A stretch of DNA of 64,000 nt from a virus. Lineage: Duplodnaviria > Caudoviricetes. Every line of letters starts with the position of its first letter. Positions within the stretch are counted from its first letter, which is position 1. The stretch covers positions 1,891 to 65,890 of IMG/VR virus record IMGVR_UViG_3300025939_000001; one strand, written 5' to 3'. Below the pieces are notes generated by a model that made no database searches, was not told where the DNA came from, and saw nothing but the letters and a program-made list of their open reading frames with translations. The translations under genes were made by a program, and so were the position numbers. Below, piece after piece: positions 37,852 through 46,746 of the stretch.

Positions 37852-38391
37852 CTATGAGACGGTGAAGCCTACGGCGCAGCCACCGGCAGGCGCGATCTGG
37901 TAGTCAACGATCTGACCCTCATGATACAGCGTGCACATCGACCATGAGTTCTTGTTGATCGGAAACCACGTGAAACCGATCACCTGACCGTTGATCACGG
38001 AAACCGTCTTCGTCCAGTTGCCGTGATACTTGTTGTCACGACCCTTTGTGGGCTGCGGCGCGGGCACCGTCTGCGCACCAACTGGGCCATTCACCGTGTA
38101 CTCGATCGAACCCGCACGCTCATCCTGCCAGATGAGAACGAACACAGCGGATTTCGGATCCTGGTACGGACCCGGGTCAGCGGGCGGGGGCGCAGGCTGC
38201 TGAAGACCCTCAGGTGCGCCTGGGTTCGGTACCTTGTGCTTGTTTGTGGGTACGGGACCGCGTGGTTTCGGGTCCTCAAAACCTGGGCGGCCACTCCCTG
38301 AATCCACGCCACCGCCCTGCTCGCACTTACCTGCCTGGGTGAGCGGGAGGGCGATGCAGAGCAGTGCCACCGCGATTTTACGTCGATTCAT
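37852..38391 (-). CDS. Secreted/lipoprotein-like protein
   Basis: Signal peptide MNRRKIAVALLCIALPLTQAGKC, a Pro-rich linker and a small beta domain. Confidence 0.65.
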   Translation of the reverse strand: MNRRKIAVALLCIALPLTQAGKCEQGGGVDSGSGRPGFEDPKPRGPVPTNKHKVPNPGAPEGLQQPAPPPADPGPYQDPKSAVFVLIWQDERAGSIEYTVNGPVGAQTVPAPQPTKGRDNKYHGNWTKTVSVINGQVIGFTWFPINKNSWSMCTLYHEGQIVDYQIAPAGGCAVGFTVS

Positions 38392-38416
38392 CGTGATCCT
38401 TTCGACAGAGACTGAT

Positions 38417-38444
38417 GGGAGGCGAAGGGGCTGCTTCGCCTCCC
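38417..38444. terminator. Hairpin terminator
   Basis: GGGAGGCGAAG/CTTCGCCTCCC 11-bp stem. Confidence 0.65.
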
Positions 38445-38550
38445 GAGGCGGACTTCTTACGTCGACGACGTCGCCGGCGGTCTTCTCATTTCATCAGGTC
38501 CAGTCGGTGCCGCGGGTCATATGAGTCACCTCCTCTTGGTCTTTTCTACG

Positions 38551-38615
38551 AGGGGACGAGAGGAATCGAACCTCCACCTGACCGTCGTCAGTATCTCTCC
38601 ACCGAGATCATCCCC
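38551..38615 (-). ncRNA. tRNA-like element with a 4-nt anticodon loop
   Basis: Acceptor GGGGATG/CGTCCCC, D-arm ATCTC-GGTGGA-GAGAT, CTGAC-GACG-GTCAG, T-arm GGAGG-TTCGATT-CCTCT. Confidence 0.65.
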
Positions 38616-38721
38616 ACAACCGCCGACGCTTGCTGAGGCGCCGACGGCTTCTATGCGGTGTTTCCTTGTTGCCGTTGAGAATATTCTATCAGGACTTATG
38701 TTATCCTGACGGTTTTTCTCG

Positions 38722-38961
38722 TTAGTACTTGCCGCCAGGTTTCCGCGCGGCGTTGGCGATCTTGCGCCAGTGGCGATCGATACGCTCGAGGTTGTCCAGT
38801 GAGAGCGCGCGATCGGAGCTGCTCTTGAACTTGTTCATCCACGCGCTCTTGATCTCGCGGCTCGTCATACCACGATAGTCAATATGACCGGTGGAGTGCT
38901 GCGTGTTGATGCCGAGCGCCTCGCGCTCCGTGGAGCTCGTCTTCTGCTGTGCGCGTGCCAT
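38722..38961 (-). CDS. Small basic hypothetical protein
   Basis: TGATG coupling and high-expression codon usage. Confidence 0.7.
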   Translation of the reverse strand: MARAQQKTSSTEREALGINTQHSTGHIDYRGMTSREIKSAWMNKFKSSSDRALSLDNLERIDRHWRKIANAARKPGGKY

Positions 38962-39617
38962 CAGCTTGCGGTTCCCTTCAGTGCGGCCTGGATGATGTCG
39001 TACTGCCGTGCCTTGGCGAGAATCTGCGGGTCGATGACCGCCTCGGGACGCTCACTGCAGATCTGCGCCTGTCGCATGTAGCCGATGAACACCTTCTGGA
39101 ACTCGTCGGTGGCGTCCTGCATCGCATTGAACGCGATGATGACTCGCTGTGCCTGCTTGGCGAGATCATCGTCGCCAACCACTGACTTCGACGGCTCGCC
39201 GCGAGTGACGCGATGACCGTTGCCAACGCCGCCGACCTCACTGGGCGTCTGAAGCTGCCTCGTCTTGCGAGTCTCTTGACCCTTCTTAGCACCGGCGGAG
39301 TAGTTCGCCTTCTTGCGCGCCTTCTCTGCCTCGACCTCCGCGAGCTGGGCGGCGAGTTCATCAACCTTCTCGTTAGCGCGCTTTGCCATCATACGGTCAG
39401 AGTGCGATCGCTGATGCGACATGACCCCACCCATAACGGCGTTGGTGTACTCGCAGTTAACGGCATTCTTGTGCACGCAGTGGAAGACGATGCGGTCATC
39501 CGCGAGCAGAAGCTGCTCGACCGACTGGATCTCTGCGCCCTCACCGACAGAACCAGGTGCTCCGACGGCCTTCTGACGAGCGACGATTTCAACGCCGTCA
39601 ACGTGTGTCATTGTCAT
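38961..39617 (-). CDS. Hypothetical protein (C-x..-C-x..-H-x3-H motif, coiled coil)
   Basis: Downstream of the promoter at 39665-39693. Phage-like codon usage. Confidence 0.7.
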   Translation of the reverse strand: MTMTHVDGVEIVARQKAVGAPGSVGEGAEIQSVEQLLLADDRIVFHCVHKNAVNCEYTNAVMGGVMSHQRSHSDRMMAKRANEKVDELAAQLAEVEAEKARKKANYSAGAKKGQETRKTRQLQTPSEVGGVGNGHRVTRGEPSKSVVGDDDLAKQAQRVIIAFNAMQDATDEFQKVFIGYMRQAQICSERPEAVIDPQILAKARQYDIIQAALKGTAS

Positions 39618-39664
39618 CTTTCTTCATCCGTTCGTCTGTGCCGCTCGTTTGCGGCGATGTAGTT

Positions 39665-39693
39665 AACTTAACAGGATTGGTACGACTTGTAAA
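39665..39693 (-). promoter_or_regulatory. SigA/HrdB-type promoter
   Basis: TTTACA-17 nt-TAAGTT. Confidence 0.6.
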
Positions 39694-39700
39694 TAGGATC

Positions 39701-40225
39701 TTACGCCACAGCGCGGTTCACGTACGCGTTCTCGATCCGACCGTCGACGTCGCTCGCCATGGCGAGAGCGCGGGCGTGAGACGCGGGAAGGAACGGCGTC
39801 GCACGGTCGCCCTTACGAACGGTGCAGAGTTCCATGACCTCATGACCGCTCGAGGCGAAGCGGGCGTTGGCGAACGTCTTCTCACCGCGCACGATGCTCG
39901 GTCCGAGCGTGTATACGAGGTAGTTGCCACCGACCGGACCGTCGCCCGCTTCCACGCGGAAGATGTAGATCTCCGACCACCGGCACGCGGTGCAGCGAGT
40001 GTTTCGGCCCTGAGCGGCGACGCCAGGCTCAGCGTTCTCGAAACCCACGGATGAGATGACGTGACTGTGCTCGGTTCGCTGACTCGTCGCGAAGCCAAGC
40101 AAGATACCAGTGATCTGGATGAAGCCGTCACGGGTCTCAAGCTGCCACACACTGGTCTCTCGTCCAGCAGGTGCGTCGCCACCGAGGAATTCGTAGTTCT
40201 CTGGTCCCATTCTGATGCGGTACAT
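39701..40225 (-). CDS. Hypothetical protein
   Basis: GAAAGGA RBS with TATAGT upstream. First gene of the leftward arm. Confidence 0.75.
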   Translation of the reverse strand: MYRIRMGPENYEFLGGDAPAGRETSVWQLETRDGFIQITGILLGFATSQRTEHSHVISSVGFENAEPGVAAQGRNTRCTACRWSEIYIFRVEAGDGPVGGNYLVYTLGPSIVRGEKTFANARFASSGHEVMELCTVRKGDRATPFLPASHARALAMASDVDGRIENAYVNRAVA

Positions 40226-40363
40226 CGTTGTCCTTTCGTCCTTCGTCGGTTGTGCTGTCGAGTACGACTATACCAGGACTGGACCTGGTGTGACTGTTGA
40301 TGTCTCCGAACTGGGAGATCAAGAAGTCAGCGGCGGGTGAGTTACTTGATATACAATAGTTGT

Positions 40364-40543
40364 ATGCCCACGCAAATGACTGATATGCCTGGTGGACGCC
40401 ATGCGTATATGCTTAAGACACCGTTTGCGCTACGTGAGCGGGTGCTGCAGGTTGCTCGAAAGTACGACATCTCGTACAACGCGGCGCTCAATATTCTACT
40501 CGCGGAGGCGCTCGACGCTCGCGAGATCCCAAAAGACAACTAA
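40364..40543 (+). CDS. Ribbon-helix-helix (Arc-like) DNA-binding protein
   Basis: AYMLKTPFALRERV...A.K.D.S.NAAL..LLAEAL. ATG 6 nt after TACAAT (leaderless). Confidence 0.75.
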   Translation: MPTQMTDMPGGRHAYMLKTPFALRERVLQVARKYDISYNAALNILLAEALDAREIPKDN

Positions 40544-40576
40544 GCCCGCCAGGTTTCGGGACCGGGCGGGCTTTGT
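40543..40576 (+). terminator. Intrinsic terminator
   Basis: AGCCCGCC/GGCGGGCT stem followed by TTGTTG. Confidence 0.65.
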
Positions 40577-40618
40577 TGCTCCTCGGGGAAGGAACGGACA
40601 AATGCATTGGAGCGCGGT

Positions 40619-41659
40619 ATGTCCAGTTTGAATATACCAGAACGGGTTCGTATCGGTCAGCGATACATTGAACTCGGCTGGCCAATTTTTGTGCTTGGTG
40701 AGGGTAAGGTACCGATCAGGAACTGTCCGCGGTGTGATGCACGGCGACCAGACACTTTTGTTCGGCACAACGCCGATGATTGCAGCTGTATCACGTGCCA
40801 TGGATTCTACGCCGCAACACTGGATGTGAATCGCTTTGAGCAGATGCTGGCGGTTCGACCGAACGGGCTGACAGCGGTACGCACCGGTGGCTCGAGTCGC
40901 CTGCTGGTCGTCGACGCAGAGGCGAGTGGAGTTGCCATCGACGGTGATGATGTCACTGGTCTGGATGTCCTTGACAGCTGGGAGCAGTGGGTCAATGGTG
41001 GTTGGTCGCTGCCACAGACATTGCGACAGCGAACAGCGGGCGGTGGGATTCATATGGTGTACCGATTGCCCAGTGGGGTAGCTGTGCCGGGACATAACCG
41101 CATCCTGCCGCAGGTCGACATCAAAGCAGACTTTGGGTACATCCTCGTCGCAGACGGCATGGAGCCGAAACGCCACTGGATGGACTCAATCGACACGCTC
41201 GCCTACGCGCCGCTTGCGCTTATCAACTGGGTGCAGGAGTCACGTGGTAAGTCAGGTGGAGTAGGCGGCGGAGGCGGTGGTCTACTCGCGGACGAACCGT
41301 ATACGTTGGCACTCCGGGAAGGTGCACGCGCGGGTGAGCGTGAGCCGTTCTTTGCGAGATTGTCGTTTGAGCTGCGACGTAAGGGAACTCCGGAGCACGA
41401 GGTCATCGAGATCATGTACGCGCATTGGGAAGCGTGCGAGCAGGTTAACGATGACTTTCCATGGTCGTACGTCGAGTACAAGATCGAGCGTGACCGAGGT
41501 ATTCGTCCCGACAAGCAGGTAAGCGCATCACTTAAGCAGTGGGCAGCACAGGCAACACTGGGTGCAGGTGAAAAGGTGGGTGAACAGATGGATGAATCAT
41601 CTGGCAACACATATCGTAAAAGTGGACGCATCACGCTGGCCTCGAGGTCGCACAAGTGA
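40619..41659 (+). CDS. Bifunctional DNA primase/polymerase (Prim-Pol)
   Basis: GWPIFVL...K.P, CHGFYAAT, LVVDAE, TAGGG.H..Y and DIKAD.GY motifs. Confidence 0.88.
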   Translation: MSSLNIPERVRIGQRYIELGWPIFVLGEGKVPIRNCPRCDARRPDTFVRHNADDCSCITCHGFYAATLDVNRFEQMLAVRPNGLTAVRTGGSSRLLVVDAEASGVAIDGDDVTGLDVLDSWEQWVNGGWSLPQTLRQRTAGGGIHMVYRLPSGVAVPGHNRILPQVDIKADFGYILVADGMEPKRHWMDSIDTLAYAPLALINWVQESRGKSGGVGGGGGGLLADEPYTLALREGARAGEREPFFARLSFELRRKGTPEHEVIEIMYAHWEACEQVNDDFPWSYVEYKIERDRGIRPDKQVSASLKQWAAQATLGAGEKVGEQMDESSGNTYRKSGRITLASRSHK

Positions 41660-43170
41660 CTCACCCAGTGGATGATACAGCAGCTGGGGTGACACTCACC
41701 GTCGATCAGCTCATTGCGATGAATGACGCGGATGAGATCCTGTTCACCGACGCGGGTGACGGCCGTCGGTATGCGAATCTGTACGCTGAGCACGTCCGCT
41801 ACGTCATCGAGACGGACAGCTGGCTAGTCTGGAACGGCAACTGCTGGGAACCCGATACGGGTGGACTGAAGGTTCTGGGACTGGCCGCTGGCGTCACGCG
41901 ACAACTACGGGAGCAGGCGACCGATGAATCCGGTGAGGAACCAGAAGGCGGTGGGTTGTCGCCTCGAGAGCGGATGCTCCGCCATGCGTTCGGCACCGAG
42001 TCGCTGGATGCACGGAAGCGGATGGTGAAAACCGCCTCACTGCAGCCCGTGGTGCAAGTCCTTGAGGAACAGCTGGATTCGGACAAGAACACGCTCGTTG
42101 CCACGGGGTGTACCATCGATCTGCTCACGGGCGAGTGTCGTAAGACAAAGGCAGCAGATCTTAACACACGAATCGTGACGGTGAAATATGATCCGGATGC
42201 GACATCGCCGCTACTCATGCAGTACCTGGAGACATTCATCCCAGAAAAGGAAGACCAGGACGTCGTCTTCGCGGTGCTAGGCAACGCACTACGTGGTGGA
42301 AATGTTGGACGGTTGCTCCCGATGCTGATCGGTGCCACAACGAGTGGGAAGTCGCAGCTCGTCGAGGCGATCGAGAAGTTGCTTGGGCGATACTCATGCT
42401 CCATCGGCTCGAGCGTCTTCCGTGGCAACCTGGACGACAAACCGCGACCCGACCTGGTGAAGGCGATGTACACACGTGTGGCGATCGCGGTTGAGGCATC
42501 AAAGGTCTGGGAACTGCACGCGGACCAGATCAAGCGGTTGACGGGTGGAGATCGGATTCCGTATCGGCAGCTGTATCAAGGCGTCGCCGAGGCCGTGCCG
42601 CGCTTCACGCCGGTCATCGTGTCGAACGATATGCCGCGCATCAAGGGTGCGGACGCGGCGCTTAAGCGACGTATCATCGTCATGCGATTCGATCATACTG
42701 TTCCCGTGGGTCAAGAGGACACGCGCATCAAGGAGCGGTTCGTTAACGATGAGCGGACGCTTCAGGCGATCCTCGCGCGGCTGGTGCGTGGGGCTAGGTC
42801 GGAGATGGTGCGTGATGGTCTTCGCTGGGATCTCATCCCGCAGAAGTTTGCGGTCGCCACGGTTGACGCCATCGGCGAAATGAGTCACATCGATGAGTGG
42901 TTGCAGTGGATGCGGGAGGAGGGTCACCTGCAGGATGACCGTAGCGACATTGCGGTGTCGGCGATGGCGAAGGCATCTGACCTGCACAAGCACTACTCCG
43001 CGTGGGTTAAGGCGCACGGTGACAAGGCTGATAAGCAAGAAGAGCTCAGCTTGAAGGACCTCAACATCGCTCTACGAGAACGCGGCTGGGAGTCGAAACC
43101 GAGCGCTGGTGTTCGTTGGGTAGGTAAGTTTCTGCCATCAAGCACGGTCATGTGGAACATGGGATTGTAA
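41656..43170 (+). CDS. SF3 (D5/P4-like) DNA helicase
   Basis: D5_N-type WLVWNG.CWE, Walker A G.TTSGKS, IK.LTGGD and SND.P motifs. Confidence 0.9.
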   Translation: MTHPVDDTAAGVTLTVDQLIAMNDADEILFTDAGDGRRYANLYAEHVRYVIETDSWLVWNGNCWEPDTGGLKVLGLAAGVTRQLREQATDESGEEPEGGGLSPRERMLRHAFGTESLDARKRMVKTASLQPVVQVLEEQLDSDKNTLVATGCTIDLLTGECRKTKAADLNTRIVTVKYDPDATSPLLMQYLETFIPEKEDQDVVFAVLGNALRGGNVGRLLPMLIGATTSGKSQLVEAIEKLLGRYSCSIGSSVFRGNLDDKPRPDLVKAMYTRVAIAVEASKVWELHADQIKRLTGGDRIPYRQLYQGVAEAVPRFTPVIVSNDMPRIKGADAALKRRIIVMRFDHTVPVGQEDTRIKERFVNDERTLQAILARLVRGARSEMVRDGLRWDLIPQKFAVATVDAIGEMSHIDEWLQWMREEGHLQDDRSDIAVSAMAKASDLHKHYSAWVKAHGDKADKQEELSLKDLNIALRERGWESKPSAGVRWVGKFLPSSTVMWNMGL

Positions 43171-43440
43171 CGAGGTTGCTTACGGACAGCTTACAGGCTG
43201 CTTATAAGAGAGACAGAGAGAAACGAAGACGAATGAAAACTCAACTCTCTTGTAACGTAGAAGCTAGCTTGTAAGCGGCCTGTAAGCAGCCTGCTTACAG
43301 GATTTGATCTTCACATGTCCAGGTAGACTATTTTATCCTATTCTTTTTGAAGTCTTGTAAGGAGTAGGGTGGAAAAATTACTCTACGTACGTCTGTATAC
43401 GTCGCGAGCGCGCGCGTCGCGAGGACAGATTTTTTCCGGG
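43171..43440. other. Putative replication origin (iteron-like and inverted repeats, AT-rich)
   Basis: Non-coding gap after the helicase. Repeated CTTAC/TGTAAG elements, an inverted repeat, and an AT-rich ctattttatcctattctttttga tract. Confidence 0.55.
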
Positions 43441-43488
43441 CCACCTGGCTTCAGGCTTCAAACACTGCGATAGAAAGAACGAGGAGTA

Positions 43489-43737
43489 ATGATTCATCCT
43501 GTTGTGATTAAGGGTTGGCCGTTCCCGTGGAGCGTAACGAATCTCGAGGCGCAGAAAGAACATATTGCCTTTGTTCATCTGATGGCCGATCGGTTGTATG
43601 GCGGTGGAGTCGTGAAGGACGACGTTCCCGCTGAGATCTTTGACCGTGAGGCTGATGTGTTTGTGTGGACGTGGGAAGTGCAATTTGATCATGATCCGCG
43701 TTATCCGGCAGTGGAAGACTGGCAGGTGAGTACGTGA
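43489..43737 (+). CDS. Hypothetical protein
   Basis: GAGGAG RBS. Coupled to the next gene. Confidence 0.6.
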   Translation: MIHPVVIKGWPFPWSVTNLEAQKEHIAFVHLMADRLYGGGVVKDDVPAEIFDREADVFVWTWEVQFDHDPRYPAVEDWQVST

Positions 43738-44456
43738 GCACTGTGGATCTTCCTGACTCGCGCGTAACGACGTTAGTTGACAAGCTGAACCGCTGGCAGC
43801 AGCACGCCTACTTTATGGCAGAGGATCAGTGGGGTCTGTGTAAGCGAGGCGAGGAAAGTCTCGGGTGCACGGCGGTCTACAAGGTTGGGAAGCACGCGGG
43901 TAGGAAATGCTTGAGCAAACCGGGCAAGGGCACCGATCACGTTGGATGGGGACCGTGTGTCGCGCACGGTGGGGCCAAGAAAGAAGGACGAGCATGGGCG
44001 GGGTGGCTGATGGCACATAAGTTTGCGGAGGAACTGGACGTAAGTCCGTGGGAAGCACTGCTGATGGTGATCCGCATCACGGCGGGACGGGTGCGGTATT
44101 GCGAGGCGGTGCTCGGGAGTGCGGTCGATGACCGTGAGCTGGAGGGACGGGCGAGTGTTGAGGGGGAGCCGACAGGAGTAAGTGCTGACGGCGACCTCAC
44201 CACTGGGCGGAACCTGAGCTGGTGGGTGGACACATCGGAGCGGGAGCGGGACCGGCTGGCGAAGGTCTCGAAGGCGGCCATCGACGCGGGCGTGGCGCAG
44301 CTGCTCATCGAAAAGGAGCTGCGTGCGGGTGAGGAGTTGGCGGGGACGTTCGTGAAGGTGCTGACGGCGATGGAGGAGGCGGGCGTACAGGGCGAGATGC
44401 TGGAGATCGCCCGCGCGGTGATGCGGAAGGAGCTGCAGCTCGCGCTCGAATCGTAA
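43734..44456 (+). CDS. Terminase small subunit
   Basis: C.A.......G..C....G.GT.H.G.GPC..HGG motif, typical of actinophage TerS. Upstream of TerL. Confidence 0.65.
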   Translation: MSTVDLPDSRVTTLVDKLNRWQQHAYFMAEDQWGLCKRGEESLGCTAVYKVGKHAGRKCLSKPGKGTDHVGWGPCVAHGGAKKEGRAWAGWLMAHKFAEELDVSPWEALLMVIRITAGRVRYCEAVLGSAVDDRELEGRASVEGEPTGVSADGDLTTGRNLSWWVDTSERERDRLAKVSKAAIDAGVAQLLIEKELRAGEELAGTFVKVLTAMEEAGVQGEMLEIARAVMRKELQLALES

Positions 44457-44531
44457 TGCGGGCGGGCGCGAGCGCGCGCATGCGTACGTAACGCGCGTAT
44501 ACGCGTAGAAATGGAGTGATGAGGAGGCAAG

Positions 44532-44777
44532 ATGAAGGCAGAACGGCGACGACAATGGCGGAATGTCCCGGTCGGCTGGGAGGTGCAGTGGCGCGGTGAC
44601 TGGTGGATCATCGATCCACCTCACTTCCGTGGATCGGTGAAGTACCGGTGGTTCCGCGTGGAGAACGAAGAAGGACGTGGTGTGCGTTGGGGCGGCGGTC
44701 CGGTGGAGCCACGCGGCTACGTTGAGTGCCGGCCAACGGCGCGGTGGGCGGGTGAGCGGACATACGTGCATACGTGA
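44532..44777 (+). CDS. Hypothetical Trp/Arg-rich protein
   Basis: GAGGAGG RBS. Confidence 0.55.
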   Translation: MKAERRRQWRNVPVGWEVQWRGDWWIIDPPHFRGSVKYRWFRVENEEGRGVRWGGGPVEPRGYVECRPTARWAGERTYVHT

Positions 44778-44801
44778 GCTCACCGTTGTAGAATCATCAA
44801 C

Positions 44802-44939
44802 ATGAAAACATTTCGCGTTAGGCTTGTTGATTGGGCGGTGGATGCGGTCGTCTGGCTTGCGGTGCTGGCGATCGCCTCCCCACTGGGTATGCTGGTGGAG
44901 GCTGTCGTCGACACCATCCGGTACGGCCACCTGAGGTAG
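44802..44939 (+). CDS. Small membrane protein
   Basis: 45 aa with a hydrophobic core. TAGAAT upstream. Confidence 0.4.
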   Translation: MKTFRVRLVDWAVDAVVWLAVLAIASPLGMLVEAVVDTIRYGHLR

Positions 44940-45069
44940 CGAATACGGGTCTCCGAGTCTCTTCTGAGGCGGAGACTGACGCTAGTTCCGTAGTTGCTGT
45001 TGCAGGAGATCTGACAGAGCGTAGAGAGGGAGCTGGGGATGAAAAGCAACATCGCGCCCCACTGGGCAA

Positions 45070-46746
45070 ATGGCCGGCCGTAAGATCGTCGGTGTCGAGG
45101 GCATCTCCCAGGAGCGGCTGAACGAGCTACTTCTCGCACCAGGCGGGATGAAAGCGGCGGCGAAAGCGGGTGCAGCGTCCCGCGCTCTTGATATGTTTGA
45201 CCTGGGCGGGCGCAACTACAAGAAGGACCCTTGGCGCTGGGCGAAGGAGCGGGCTGGTGTCGAGCTGTGGAGTAAGCAGAAGCACATCATTGAGAGCGTT
45301 CGAGATCACCCACAGACGGCCGTTCATTCGTGTCACGCTATCGGAAAGTCGTTTGTGGCTGCGACTACGGTGGCGTGGTGGCTGGACGTGCATCCAGTGG
45401 GAGAGGCGTTCGTCGTCACAACCGCTCCTACGGACAAGCAGGTTAAGGCCGTTCTTTGGCGGGAGATTAACCGTCTTCATACGCGGGCGGGTCTGGCTGG
45501 AAGGACGAATCTGAGTGAGTGGTACATCGGCAAGGAGCTTGTGGCGTTTGGTCGCAAACCGGCGGACCAGGATCCGACGGCTTTCCAGGGCATCCACGCC
45601 CGCTACGTCCTGCTGGTTCTTGACGAGGCATGTGGTATCCCAAAGGAGCTGTGGGATGCTGGAAGCTCGATTGTCTCGAATGAGCACAGCCGAACACTGG
45701 CGATTGGTAATCCAGATGACCCGTTTGGCGAGTTCGCGGCGAACTGCCGCCCGGGTAATGGGTGGAACATCATCCACGTTGGGTACAAGCACACGCCGAA
45801 CTTCACGGGTGAGCCGGTTGCGGAGATCGTCAAGGATTCGCTGATCGCTCCCCGCTGGGTGGAGGAGCGCGCAAAGAAATGGGGACGCGGTAGTGCCATC
45901 TTCACAAGCAAGTGCGAGGGACACTTCCCACTTGAGGGAACCTCAGGAACGATTCCCTACGCCTGGGCCACTGCCTGCCGTACCCTTGACCTACCCAGTG
46001 TTGTCGGAGAGGTGGTGGAAGCAGGCATTGACGTTGGTGCAGGGGGAGACCGCACGGTCATCCGTGAACGACGAGGACTCCGAGCCGGGCGTGAAGAGGT
46101 GTTCGTCGACGCAGATCCCATGCGGACCGTCGGACGGCTCATCGAGAAGATTCTTGAGTGGGGAGTGACCCGTGTCAAGGTGGACAACATCGGGATCGGT
46201 TGGGCCCTCACGGGGCGACTCCGCGAACTCAGCTCGATACACAACACTGCTGGAGCTCTGGCTGGAGATACATCTCATTCTGCTGAGGTGGTGGGTGTCA
46301 ACTTTGGAGAGCGCCCTACAGAGGGCAGAGAGAAGCAGTATCTCAATAAGCGCGCTGAGGTTTACTGGACCGTTGGGCGTGAGCGATCCCGCCTACGACA
46401 GTGGGACCTTGGTGCCGTTGACGACGATGTCATCGCAGAGCTCACCGTATCTACGTATGAGATCGTAGACTCGTTCGGTAAGATCAAGATTGAGCCCAAG
46501 GACAAGATCATTGAGCGACTTGGCGAGTCGCCAGACCGGGCGGAGGCGCTGCTGCTGGCGTTCTACGACCCCTACACTCTTGTCAGCACCCCGCAGCAGA
46601 ACATGCAGGTAGATCTATTGAGGGGCAACGCCGGCCCCGCTGTGGGTGGCTACGGGGGCGGGATCAACCCGTCCCGTGCAAGCATCTTTGGTGTCAGTGG
46701 CGGTGCATCACTGTACGGTGGTGGCCCACTTGGTGGAGGACGATGA
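45070..46746 (+). CDS. terL: Terminase large subunit
   Basis: SCHAIGKS Walker A, LVLDEA Walker B, IGNP, nuclease GIDVGAGG-D, VKVD..GIG, SPDRAEA. Confidence 0.95.
   Translation: MAGRKIVGVEGISQERLNELLLAPGGMKAAAKAGAASRALDMFDLGGRNYKKDPWRWAKERAGVELWSKQKHIIESVRDHPQTAVHSCHAIGKSFVAATTVAWWLDVHPVGEAFVVTTAPTDKQVKAVLWREINRLHTRAGLAGRTNLSEWYIGKELVAFGRKPADQDPTAFQGIHARYVLLVLDEACGIPKELWDAGSSIVSNEHSRTLAIGNPDDPFGEFAANCRPGNGWNIIHVGYKHTPNFTGEPVAEIVKDSLIAPRWVEERAKKWGRGSAIFTSKCEGHFPLEGTSGTIPYAWATACRTLDLPSVVGEVVEAGIDVGAGGDRTVIRERRGLRAGREEVFVDADPMRTVGRLIEKILEWGVTRVKVDNIGIGWALTGRLRELSSIHNTAGALAGDTSHSAEVVGVNFGERPTEGREKQYLNKRAEVYWTVGRERSRLRQWDLGAVDDDVIAELTVSTYEIVDSFGKIKIEPKDKIIERLGESPDRAEALLLAFYDPYTLVSTPQQNMQVDLLRGNAGPAVGGYGGGINPSRASIFGVSGGASLYGGGPLGGGR

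Noticed and set aside
43773-44930. 385-aa minus-strand ORF
   Set aside because: Antisense shadow of terS and its neighbours, low complexity, caused by the local G skew.
44950-45060. Hairpin upstream of terL (GTCTCCG/CGGAGAC) as another tRNA mimic
   Set aside because: No T-loop (TTCRAAT) or acceptor/T-arm geometry. At most a simple leader hairpin.
32526-46746. Inteins or introns in polymerase, helicases or terminase
   Set aside because: Lengths and motif spacing are normal, with no intein N/C-terminal signatures or homing endonuclease.
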